From Octopus sinensis (lineage: Eukaryota), in NCBI RefSeq assembly GCF_006345805.1, contig NC_042997.1, forward strand, positions 34,658,001 through 34,722,000: a stretch of 64,000 nucleotides of DNA, in the 5' to 3' direction. Both the position numbers and the translations under genes were made by a program. Shown here one piece after another: positions 1 through 10,417 of the stretch. How positions within the stretch are numbered: position 1 is the stretch's first letter; every line of letters starts with the position of its first letter. The notes beneath the pieces are model-generated. The model was not told where the DNA came from and made no database searches. It was given only the letters and a program-made list of their open reading frames with translations.

Positions 1-516
1 ATTACCTCCTCTATTACTGAACACATTCCCCAAAATTCACCTAATTGTAATTGCCGTCCTGGAACCATCTGCCCGTTACAAACCCATTGCAGAAGATATA
101 ATGTAATTTACAAAGGCACTGTCCTTAATCTATTACACAACTTTACAGCCATATACATAGAATCAACCAAACATTTTAGGCAAAGATATGCCACTCACCT
201 CCATTCCTTTAGATACGATAAACATAGTAAATCTACAACACTCACCAACCACATACATCAACTCAAAAATACAAATATTGCCTATACTCTATCGTGGTCC
301 ATACTAGACTCAGGGCTTCCCTACCGAGATCAACGCTCAACCTGCAAAATTTGCCTGAAGGAGGCACTTCACACGAAACACAACTCTCCAGCACTGCTAA
401 ATAAACATAATGAGGCACTAAGCACATGCAACCACCGCATTTTTCACACACTCAAATTCTACCACAAAACCAAATGCCTAAACGACCATACAATTCATTT
501 CCCCAATACCTATTAG
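1..516 (+). mobile_element. Penelope-like element, C-terminal GIY-YIG endonuclease coding region (5' part outside window)
   Basis: Frame +1 is open from 1 to TAG 514-516 with no ATG, so it is absent from the ORF track. It reads ...CNCRPGTICPLQTHC..NVIYK..AIYIESTKHFRQRYATHLHSF..STTLTNHI..WSIL..CKICLKEA..LLNKHNEALSTCNHR, the typical PLE endonuclease motif order. Confidence 0.85.
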
Positions 517-798
517 GTAATCCCAATAACATTATAAATCTACATTTTAACTCCTAATCCCTATCTAATTCCTCACTCATACTCGAATATCACAACCATC
601 TAATTTTATTCGTGTGTATGTGTATCCATGCGTGTGCGTGTATAGGTGTGTGTGTGTGTGTGTGTATGTCTGCAAGGTATATATACGTACGTGTACAGGG
701 GCAATAATACATGCAGATACACGTATATATGGGTGCGCATGTGCTCATATGCGTACCACTAAGAGTTGTGTATGTAGATATTGATTTGTATAAACATC

Positions 799-865
<67 letters not shown>

Positions 866-1720
866 CATATCTAATATAAACATATGTATACATCTTCACA
901 TATATATTTTCTTCTACTACTAAGCACTGACCTGTCCAACCACCCAAATTCCTAAATTCTTCATTCCATACTACTACCCCTCTCTCTGCCCCATCACTTA
1001 GACTCTGTTATTGCACAACTGACACTCCTTTACTTTTTATACCTCTCTCTCTATCCCTCCCCCTCCATTCCTCCTATCTTTTTACACTCTAATACCTTTC
1101 TCTCTCTATCAGCCTTATCTTCCCATTCCTACTTTCAAATTATCTCCACTGACCACTAACTGGTACACTTGCCATTACTATCTCTATCCTTGTTTTCCTT
1201 CTTTTTACTTTCTTTTCTTTATTCCTCTCTTCCTTATATTCTTCTTTTCTCTTTATTCTCTTTTTTTCTTTTTTCTCTTTCTTTATTCTTCTCTTCCTGT
1301 TTTCGATTTTACCTTACTAATACATTCCCTACTTTTTGGACACCTTAAATAAAACCCTTGATTCAATAACACTATGTATAAACTCTATACTTCGAATAAC
1401 CAGTTTTAAATACTATTGGATTTTACTCATAGGGTATTGAAATCTTATATGTATACCATTCTGCCTAAATAATGGATCTACAAATACAATATCCCTGCAT
1501 ATCTCACATCTATTTTCATTCCTGCACCTCTATTTCGTATCTTATCTAGATTAACTATTGCTTAACTATCTGCTCACACTATCCCCGATGAAGGAATATA
1601 ATAATTATCCTAGAAACAGCTGTAAGACCTTCTATTTATGTTCTAAAATCTACAGAATCTTGTTTTTTTTATATCTCAATACGGAAGAATTTATATATAT
1701 ATATACTTATACTCAATTTT
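517..1720 (+). repeat. Penelope 3' UTR / pseudo-LTR region interrupted by (TA)n
   Basis: Follows the endonuclease stop codon, is pyrimidine-rich, and is homologous to 18596-20110 (e.g. 'tcaaattatctccactgaccactaactggtacac'). Confidence 0.7.
1585..1628 (+). ncRNA. Minimal type I hammerhead ribozyme-like motif (core variant CCGAUGA)
   Basis: CCGATGA-AGGAATAT-AATA-ATTATCCT-A-GAAAC-AGCT-GTA-AGAC, with palindromic stem III ACAGCTGT. Sense to the PLE ORF. Stems I and II are imperfect in this copy. Confidence 0.55.
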
Positions 1721-2040
1721 GCTTGTATAATTCATTTAAGAGCATGATTTACAATAGTAGACTTTCAGGCCTAGTGTGTCGATACGTAAATCTGTGTATA
1801 TGTGTAATGTGCTCTTCGCACCTTCTTTCTCTGTATGTGTATATACCTCTCTTGGTATGTGTCCTATCGGTTTTAGAGTTCGGTCCCACATCAGAAGATA
1901 AATTTATTTTGGAACCTGCAACATGGTACAATTTCAATTCTCTTGTATATCTTGTCATTTCGTGTGTTGAGTATATGTGTGGGTGTGTGTTGCATATATG
2001 TGAGTATGTGTGGTATATATATATATATAATATATATATA

Positions 2041-2141
<101 letters not shown>

Positions 2142-2289
2142 AAAATACAAATATATATGCTCACACACATACGCCCGTGCACACACACATACACACACAC
2201 CGACACACAAGTGTATATACGTGTATATATGTGTCTCTCTACATACAAACATGTCCATAAATATAAATCTTAGGCTACATATATTGGAG

Positions 2290-2620
2290 GGAATATATTT
2301 GTTCAGCTCTTATCTATTTTTCTGCAAGACACGTCAAACTCCAGTTTGAATGTAATTTCCTGGCAATATACAGAAACGTTGAATTTCTATTTAAAATCAT
2401 CCCTTTAATATTTCTAGAAGAACGTAATTATTTCAGTAGCAGTGGCCTTCTTATGATATCTCTTTATCGTGGCATCTTTGACAATTTAACGTCTTAATCC
2501 CATATGAACTAACCTTGTCATATTCTCTGGTGTAATTACAACATTTAACGTAGACATATTCCTTATATAATATTCTAATTCAACATGGCAGTCTATTCTG
2601 TGCAGAATATTTAGGGATCT
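2290..2620 (-). pseudogene. Possible highly decayed L1/Tx1 ORF2 C-terminal remnant
   Basis: Minus-strand translation ILHRIDCHVELEYYIRNMSTLNVVITPENMTRL loosely resembles IVHCPDVSEVWVYAEHLLSGTRRVQLSTESITKI of the nearby ORF2. Multiple stop codons. Confidence 0.3.
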
Positions 2621-2934
2621 AGCAATGTACATTGATTTACATATTTAATCAAAAAGCGTTAGGCACATACGTATTCGTGTATTCGTCTGCAGGTCTTAGT
2701 CATTGTACTGCAGTTATGTTATACACACACATGCTCGTATATATATATATACTAGCATTAAAGACCCGTCGTTGCCGGGTCATAGTGCTAATGCATGTAT
2801 ATATATGTATATGTGTGTACATATTACATGTACATCTATATATATACATCTACACATAAAATGCAAAATACAAAGTTATATCTTGATATCGCTAGTGATA
2901 ACAATACTTAAAATATATAACAGACTGGAATTGC

Positions 2935-3241
2935 TAGCCCGTCTCTTGTAATTTCGATCAATTGCATCTTGTCCTCCCTCTTGTATAGAAGTGGGGCTAC
3001 AATCCAGCCTACCTCTACTTCTGGGGGGAAGGGGGGCATTTAATTTTTTTTTCCGGGACGTCCTACGTCCCAGATATAAAGATAAAAATAAAATATTTCC
3101 ACGTTGCAAGTTCGAGTCGAGTACTCCCTTGCACGCTCCGTTGACTCGAACCTTGCTTCTATTGTGGCGAATTTACCACCTCTGATTAGATACCTTTCAT
3201 AGTCGCACCAAAACACTTTTCGAAGGTGCTTTCCTCCATGT
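2935..3241 (-). pseudogene. Host Tx1-like element: 3' half of the interrupted ORF1
   Basis: Frameshifted translation MEESTFEKCFGATMKG/YLIRGGKFATIEARFESTERAREYSTRT/LQRGNILFLSLYLGRRTSR..LPP/EVEVGWIVAPLL aligns with IEEIEKCLGDIMKKATFVDRGKKYGTVEVRC..LKAENFTMWPTYKGRR..VPP of the ORF1 at 9212-10054. Confidence 0.8.
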
Positions 3242-3480
3242 GATTTTATTATTACCCACAAGGGGCGAACATAGATGGGACAATACAATCTGGGTCAGAC
3301 AAACGAATGGGTTTTTACAATAAATCGGATTTAAAAATTTTCATGAATTACAATAAATGGACAGAAATCGAATGATGGGACAGACCGGAAGACATTACGG
3401 GTGGAGTGGGTGCGGGTTTAGCTCGGACCCCACGAGCCCCGCCTCCCCACTGATACTTTTGGTTGCGCTTGGTATTACGT

Positions 3481-6400
3481 TTATGTTGTATCTTTCACTC
3501 GCAACTTTCGTGCTACATCCTTCCATCGTTCTTCATACACTCTCCTAGTCAGGCATATTCTCTCCAGCCCTATCTTCCTTTTCAGGTGAAAGATGAAATA
3601 ATTCATCAAACCAGGGCCGGAGATGAACTTGCCTGACTGTAAACCTTTCATTCTCGTCTTCCATATCACCTCTTTCGCAATTGCTACTACAACGAGAAAA
3701 CGAAACTTACCTTCATTCACGAGGAAATCCGGTGGGTCAATTTTTGTAATCGACTCAGTCGACAGCTGTACTCTTCGTGTACCTGACAACAGGTGTTCGG
3801 CATAAACCCACACCTCAGACACGTCCGGACAATGAACAATAGCGTGCAGGACGGTTTCCCTATCCCGCCCGCATCTTGGACATATCGGACTGTCTTGGCC
3901 ACCGTGCCTTGCGAGTTTATCCCGAACAGGTAGAGCTCCTCTGTAGCATTGCCATGCCAGAGACTTCTGGAAGTTGTCCAGTGTCCTCGGCTCGAACGTA
4001 CGTCGGAACAGACTGGCCAGCTGATTATCGTCGAGACCTAGGGTTTCCTCCAAGGTATCTTCACATTCCGCCTCTACCAACCCTCTATAGAGGAATGTGG
4101 TGGAACCCCCACCGCAGGCGTTGCCCGAGCGACGGAATAGCAGGAGAGCCTTGCGACACTCCGTGTACCAAGTACCAAGTTTCGATCTACGATTCAGCCA
4201 GGTTTCCCATCCACCGAAACTAGTGAACTTGGGAAACATCAGTTTTGCTAGCGAAGACCACACCCGTTCACCATCCAGGTAGAGCCACAGATGTCTTAAC
4301 CTCAGCGCATGTCTGCGCATCATCAGCCAAGGCATCCCTAGCCCACCCTTTAACGGTTGTTGACAGCAAGTAGAGCGTTTCACAAGTGGTTTCCCGCCCT
4401 TCCACAAGAAGTAGAAGAGCTGTCTTTCCAACTTGATCAACCACGAGTCAGGGCAAGGAACGACGGAAAGGCGGTAGGTGATAACCGATGCGATAAACAC
4501 ATTGGCCACCTCCGCCCTCCCTTTCAGGGATAGCCACCGCCAAGACCAGGTCTTGGCTACTGCAGCCACCTTGCTCGTTACCTCGCCCCAATTCTTCTCT
4601 ATTTGGAGGTCTGGACCGAACCAGACCCCTAGCAGTTTAATCGGACCCTCCGTCCAACGTCCCACGACGCTGTCAGGAGGCATCGACTTGCCTCTCCAGG
4701 TGCCGAGTTGCAAGCCGACTGACTTTTCGCGATTAACTTTTGCTCCTGTCACCGTCTCGTAAACCTCTATGGCCTTGCCTACTTTACATAGGTGGTCCAT
4801 TTCGGTTACGATGATGGTGATGTCATCCGCGTACGCTGACACTGATTTTCCATTACCTGGCTGTCTCGGGATGCCGCTCAGTTTTCGCAGTAATGGCTCA
4901 AGAGCCATCACGTACAAAAGCGGGGAGAGCGGACACCCTTGACGAACCGAGCGTTTGATTTTGAACGGCTTCGACAAGAAGCCGTTCACCCGAACTACCG
5001 AGTCGATGTTATCATAAATTTGGATAATCCACCTGAGGAAGCCAAGGCTCAGCCCGAACCGTGCCAGGGCAGATACCAGGTAACGATGGTCGACCCTATC
5101 AAAAGCTTTAGATTGGTCTAAATGGACCAGTGCCCCGCCCTTGCCAGAATCACTATTAAACCCCTCTATAGTGTACCGCATTAGATGGAGATTATCCTGA
5201 ATGGATCTGCCCGGAACGGCACATGTCTGTGCCTCTCCGATCAGACCATCCGCGACACGCGCCAATCTTTTCGATAACACTTTGGCCAAAATCTTCAACT
5301 CTGTGTTTAGCAGAGTGATGGGCCTGAAATTATCAATGCACTCCCCCTTGCTCGGGTCCTTTCTGACGAGAGTCACTACTCCCCGGCGCACAGATCTGGG
5401 TATAAGCCCGTTCTGCTGCCAGTTCGCATAGACCTCCGCCAGTAGGTGCCCGAACAAGTCTGGCATACTCTTATATAACTCATAGGGTAGACCATCCAAA
5501 CCCGGCGCCTTGCCCGCGCCGCAGTCCGCCATTGCCTCAAACACCTCCCCAGGCGTGATTGGCCCTTCACAGCCCTCCGCATCTCGCCCCGATAAGCGCG
5601 GCAGACCGTCGAGTAGGTCCGTAAAGGCCCTCCTCCTATCCAGTCCGCCGCACTCACCGAAAAGCTGAGCGAAGTGCTCCTGAAAGGCCTCACACATCTC
5701 CTCGGGTTCGTTTATCAACTCACCTTGTTGGTTCGTCAAAGATCGAATCGTGGCATCGTTACCATGCTGAGCTTCCACCACTCGGCCCATCTCACGGCGT
5801 TGATTCCTTCACATCCCATATGACGGATTCTAGCCCTGACAATGCAGCCCATGTGTTTGGCCTCGAGGTGCTGGTTTAACACCAGTCTCTTGGACGCCAC
5901 CTGAGCCGCAGAGCCAGTTTTCATGGCTTCCTCTAATTCCTTAACTAGAGTAGTTTCCCTTCTAGCCTCTCTAGCCACTACTCCTATGCTATATCTAATA
6001 GACTCAAACTTGATGGCTCGTTTGAGGGCGTACCACCATTTGTTATTAATGATGGTACCAGATAGTGCCCTCTGAATTATATTCCTAATCCGGTCTTTGT
6101 ACTCCTTAATCGCCAAAAGGGACGTATTAAGTTTCCAGTAACCGGATCCTCTATTTTTAACCTTATCTATGTCAAGCTTACAAGTGACCATTTTATGATC
6201 ACTGTAGCTGATCGGGTAAAACTGTGGGCACTTAGCTATTTTACTGTCTACTTTTCTAATTAGTATTCTATCTAAATATGACCTGGAAGATCCGTCGCTG
6301 TTTGACCATGTCCACAATGGAGCGTTCGGAAATTCCAGCCTATAAGGATCTGCTAGCTCAAAGCGGCTTAGCAGTTCCATGAAGCCACTGTTGCCTTTTC

Positions 6401-6877
6401 TATCTGGACACGAGCCAACATAATCTACATCCGCTTTGCAAATTGTGTTAAAGTCTCCTAGCACCACTAATGAATGCGAAGTACAAGAAAGCAGTTTTCT
6501 AGTTCACGAAAATAATCACTTTGCCCTGTATGGTTGGGTGCGTAAATTGCAACCAGTCTGATAACTTTACCATTACTGAACGTCAAATCCATGACGACCA
6601 GCCTACCTTCTGGATCTGCAAAAATTAACTTTTTCTCAGAAACCCGGTTTCTTTTTAATAGGACCAACACCCCACTCCCGCCTGTAGGACTGCCAGGAGA
6701 GAAAAAACTCTCGTAGCCGTCAAACAGCGGGAGTAGACCTCTTGGCCCCTCTAACCGGGTTTCTGTAGCAACAATAACATCTAAATTACGCGACCTGATG
6801 TCATGCAGGAAGCGACCTTGCTTCCAGCCTGCTCCCAGGCCGCGCACATTCAAACAACCAACATAAATGTAATCCAT
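3481..6877 (-). CDS. ORF2: APE endonuclease + reverse transcriptase + C-terminal CCHC zinc finger (~1130 aa after repairing two 1-bp frameshifts)
   Basis: EN motifs GCLNVRGL, ATETR, AIYAPN, LGDFN, YLDRI, YSDH. RT motifs NFRPITLLN, LDQSKAFDRVDH, RQGCPLSP, YADD. C-terminal CPRCGRDRETVLHAIVHC. Frameshifts near 6484 and 5784. Confidence 0.92.
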
Positions 6878-6885
6878 TGCTTACC

Positions 6886-8262
6886 TTATATCAGTGGTTC
6901 GGTTTTCTCTTGTTCTTCAAACTCTTTTTCTGGGCCTCGTGGGGGAGTCTGACGTAGGCCCTCGAATATATGTGGAGATGTTACATCCAACCTAAGTGGG
7001 CCTACGTCATGGAAGAATTCTGACTTTATCCGCCCGTAATCCCTCCGGTCTATTCTGTAAATTACAAAGTCATTTTTTTTTTCTACTTTCTCTACTTTGG
7101 CCATGGCTGCCAACACGTTTCCGAGTCTGCTATTTGATGCCTTTACGGCCATATATGCGTTCATTGACTCTTTTTTCTTTTTTAAAATTACTCTGGGAGG
7201 GGTGGTTTCCGTTTTTCTTTTTTTTTTTCCGATAATTTTTTCCCACCCTTCCTCATTTATCTTTTCCTCGCTCTTTTTTTTTTCCGCCGCTGGTTCTGCT
7301 GTCACCGTCACCTCCACACCTTCAGTCTTCCCTTCTGGGCCGTCTGACGCTGCTTCTGGTGACACATTGTCTTCTTTTTCTTTTGGCTTAGGTGCTTCCT
7401 GCGGTTTGGGTTGGGGTTGGCATTCCGCCCTTACATGCCCCTTCTTGCCGCAGCCGAAGCACCTCGGTTCCTGCCCTCCACGAACACTGTTATTTTCTCG
7501 TCTTCACTAATCTTTACCGTTTCTGGAATTTCTTCCAGTGTTTGCACCTCCGCCTGAATGGCTATCACTATTTTTGGCCTTTCCAAAAATCCTCTTCCTC
7601 CACTGTGGCCTGGAGGATGTTTATTTTTTCCTCCAGACCTACCATCACTGCTGCCACCAGACATTCATCATCAGCCTCTGGCGGTATGTTGTTCATTGAA
7701 ATTTTTGACGTCCTTTTTCCTTTATACAATGGTAGTAAGACAATGTTTTCCGCTTTGATCGGCTCCATCGATAGTTTCTTCGCTATATCCTCCGTAGTAA
7801 AACGCACCTCCACTGTGCCGTATCTTTTTCCTCTGTTTATATACGTTATTTTGTCCATAAACGGTTTTAGACAAGACTCTATTTTTTTTCTTCGATTTTT
7901 TGGATCATTTTTTTCGTTGTGTCGTAAGTTTTATATATTATTCTTTTTTTCTCTATATCGTCATGTATTTGTATGTTTGTGGCCACAGTCACTTCTGTGC
8001 CTTCTTTTTTTACGCAGTCTGCAAATTTTTTAAAATTGTCTATATTTATTTTTTTGATCTTTTTCCCAGCCACTTCAGCGAATTTTTTTGCTGGAGTTGA
8101 TGCTGGTACTGGTTTTTCCATTTTCTTGGGCGACGCCGCCTCTTTTTTCTTCGGCGACAACGCTTCTTTTTTTCTTGGCGACAACGCCTCTTTTTTACTT
8201 GGCGACAACGCCGGGTATTCATCCTCGCTCGTCACGGGCGAATAAGAGATGGGGGACTCCAT
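6886..8262 (-). CDS. ORF1 of unit 3 (~460 aa after repairing three 1-bp frameshifts): RRM-like region, CCHC knuckle, charged linker, C-terminal domain
   Basis: Joins ORF-track pieces 7879-8271, 7568-7858, 7431-7664 and 6886-7365. Knuckle CFGCGKKGHVRAEC at 7420-7461. Frameshifts at T8 7882-7889, T5 7571-7575 and TT 7468-7469. Confidence 0.88.
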
Positions 8263-8493
8263 CTTGAACAAATGGCTTTAACAAGCCTTTGGTAAATCCA
8301 AATTAATTGTAGTTTTCCCCCACTGAGGGGGGAACACCAACGCGAAGTCTTCGCGCGAAGGCTGACTTCGTCCGTTAGACAACAATAGACAAAAACAGGT
8401 AGACCAACAGTATATAATAACAGAGATAATAGTACGAGAGCAAAAAATATATATCAACTTACTAATAACGCAAAAAATTGCTTTCCTCCATGT

Positions 8494-10405
8494 TGTTTTA
8501 TTATTACCCACTAGGGGCTACATAGATGGGACAATACAATCGGGAAAATGAATAATGAGTTATGAAGTTTGTACAATGTGGTGCAATGCCCACTCGATCC
8601 CCGAAATCGAGCGGTTACATTTCGTCATTTATTTTTATTCGTCAACAATATTTTCAAATAAAACATTTTATACATTTTCAACATACATTTCAAAAAGTTT
8701 TACAAAGTTCAACATTTCTTTTTTTTTTTTTCCGAATTTAAAGTTCTTTTTATCATTTACAAATTAAAGTTTTCACAATACCTTTTCTTTTATATATACT
8801 CCATTATGTCTACCAAATCTGAGTAAATTTCCATCGTTCGAGGCCACCTTGGAAGTCGGCATTTCATATGTTTTAACACGTTCTTGCCAGCTGCCTCGAT
8901 GAACGCCTCGGCGTCGTTCTCGTGGACGAGTGCACCTGTTTCTTTCCATTCGGTGCCCATCCTGACCCACGTATATCCGTTTGTTTCGCTTATTAAATTT
9001 TCCATCTCCTCACAATGCTTGTGATGGATCAACGTTCCATAGTATTTGAATTTTCTATTCGTACCTGCGTTTTCTCTAGTTTTTCTCTTAGGACTTACTT
9101 CCTCTTTTTCTCCTCCCTCGGTTTCTCTCTTTCTCTCTTTTGCTTTCTCTTCTTTCTTTTTCCTTCTCTTGTCTTTTTGGCTCTTTGTCTGCCGTCTCTC
9201 TACCCTGTGCCTTAAGTTCCTTTCTGTTGTTTCTTTTCCTTTTTGCATACCATCTTTTCCTTTCTCTTGGTTCTGTTCCTTCTCTTGTTCTTTTCCTGCT
9301 TTTTCTCTTTCCTTAATGTACTTTCCTTTTCTTTCTCTTGCTTTTGCCTTGGCTCCTTCTCCTCTACTTCTGCACCCTGTGAATTTTGCTCCTTTTCTAC
9401 TATCTTCTTCCCTTTGTTTTCATTTTCCTTCAGTGCGCTGTTACTTCCCTTCTCTTGTTGTTTCTCCGTTATTTCCTTTTCCTTGTTTTCGCTGTTCTTT
9501 CCTTCGTGTTCGTTTTCCTTCTCTCCACTTGGTGTCTCTTTTTGCTCCGCTGTGAATTCATACAGCGGACATTCCTTTTTTATGTGCCCTCTTGAACCGC
9601 ACAGGTAGCAATTCGGTTTTCTGCCTTCCACTATTACACTAATTGTTTTTTCGTTTTCTATTTCTATTTGGAAGGGAAATCTTTCGATGTCTTCAATTGT
9701 GGCCATCAGCCACAACTCGACTCCGAATCCCTTCCAATTTACAACGTTCGTCTCCTTAATTGACCCTATTTCTACTTCCTCTTTTGCTGCTCCAATAATG
9801 GCTGTTACTAGCATTTCTGTTTTAATATTTGGGGGCACCTTTGGGACTCTTACCCGTACCCCTCGTCTTCCTTTATACGTCGGCCACATGGTGAAATTTT
9901 CCGCTTTCAGGACAGTGGAAGCCAATGAGGCCGCCACTTCCTTTGTTGCGCATCTCACCTCCACCGTACCATATTTCTTTCCTCTGTCCACAAAAGTCGC
10001 TTTTTTCATGATGTCCCCCAGACATTTCTCTATTTCTTCAATCGTCACTCTCACCAGTTTTCTCGTGTTTCTATCTTGCGTTCTATACGTTATCGTCTTG
10101 TTATTTTTTCTTCTATTGTTTCCACAGGCGGGACCAGCTTCACGCTGTCACCCTCCCTTTTGACGAACTTCTCGTATTCCTTCAATTGTTCTTTTCTAAA
10201 GAACACTTCTTTTATTCTAAGTGACTCGTCACTTTGTTGTGTGGCGACCCCCGCGTAAGTCTCCATGACTTGAGGGTCGACACACCTTCTATAAAAGGTT
10301 CAAACACGTAGCGGCAAACGCCTCGCGCGATTCAATTTTTGACAATTTTTAACAGTTTTTTTTCAATTTTCACATACAAAATAACTCACAACACATGTGG
10401 ATAGA
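8494..10405 (-). mobile_element. ORF1-only Tx1-like element (unit 2, HAL1-like) with intact LINE 3' tail and 12-bp TSD
   Basis: No EN/RT sequence. The 3' ~50 nt are nearly identical to the unit 3 tail. TTTCCTCCATGT at 8482-8493 and 10406-10417. Confidence 0.85.
8773..10266 (-). CDS. ORF1 of unit 2 (~500 aa after repairing about three 1-bp frameshifts)
   Basis: METYAGVATQQ... (ATG at 10266) joins 9212-10054 (knuckle CYLCGSRGHIKKEC at 9569-9610), 8790-9248 and 8773-8970. Confidence 0.85.
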
Positions 10406-10417
10406 TTTCCTCCATGT

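Larger units (their letters stand above)
3242..8478 (-). mobile_element. Full-length Tx1/L1-clade non-LTR retrotransposon (unit 3) with a perfect 15-bp TSD
   Basis: 5' UTR, ORF1 with CCHC knuckle, 8-nt spacer, APE+RT+zinc-finger ORF2, 3' UTR ending GCCCCTTGTGGGTAATAATAAAA. TGCTTTCCTCCATGT (plus) is present at both 3227-3241 and 8479-8493. Confidence 0.93.

Noticed and set aside
3481-5790. Possible bacterial retron, group II intron or defence RT
   Set aside because: The APE endonuclease, YADD motif, C-terminal CCHC finger, gag-like ORF1 and TSD identify a eukaryotic Tx1/L1 LINE.
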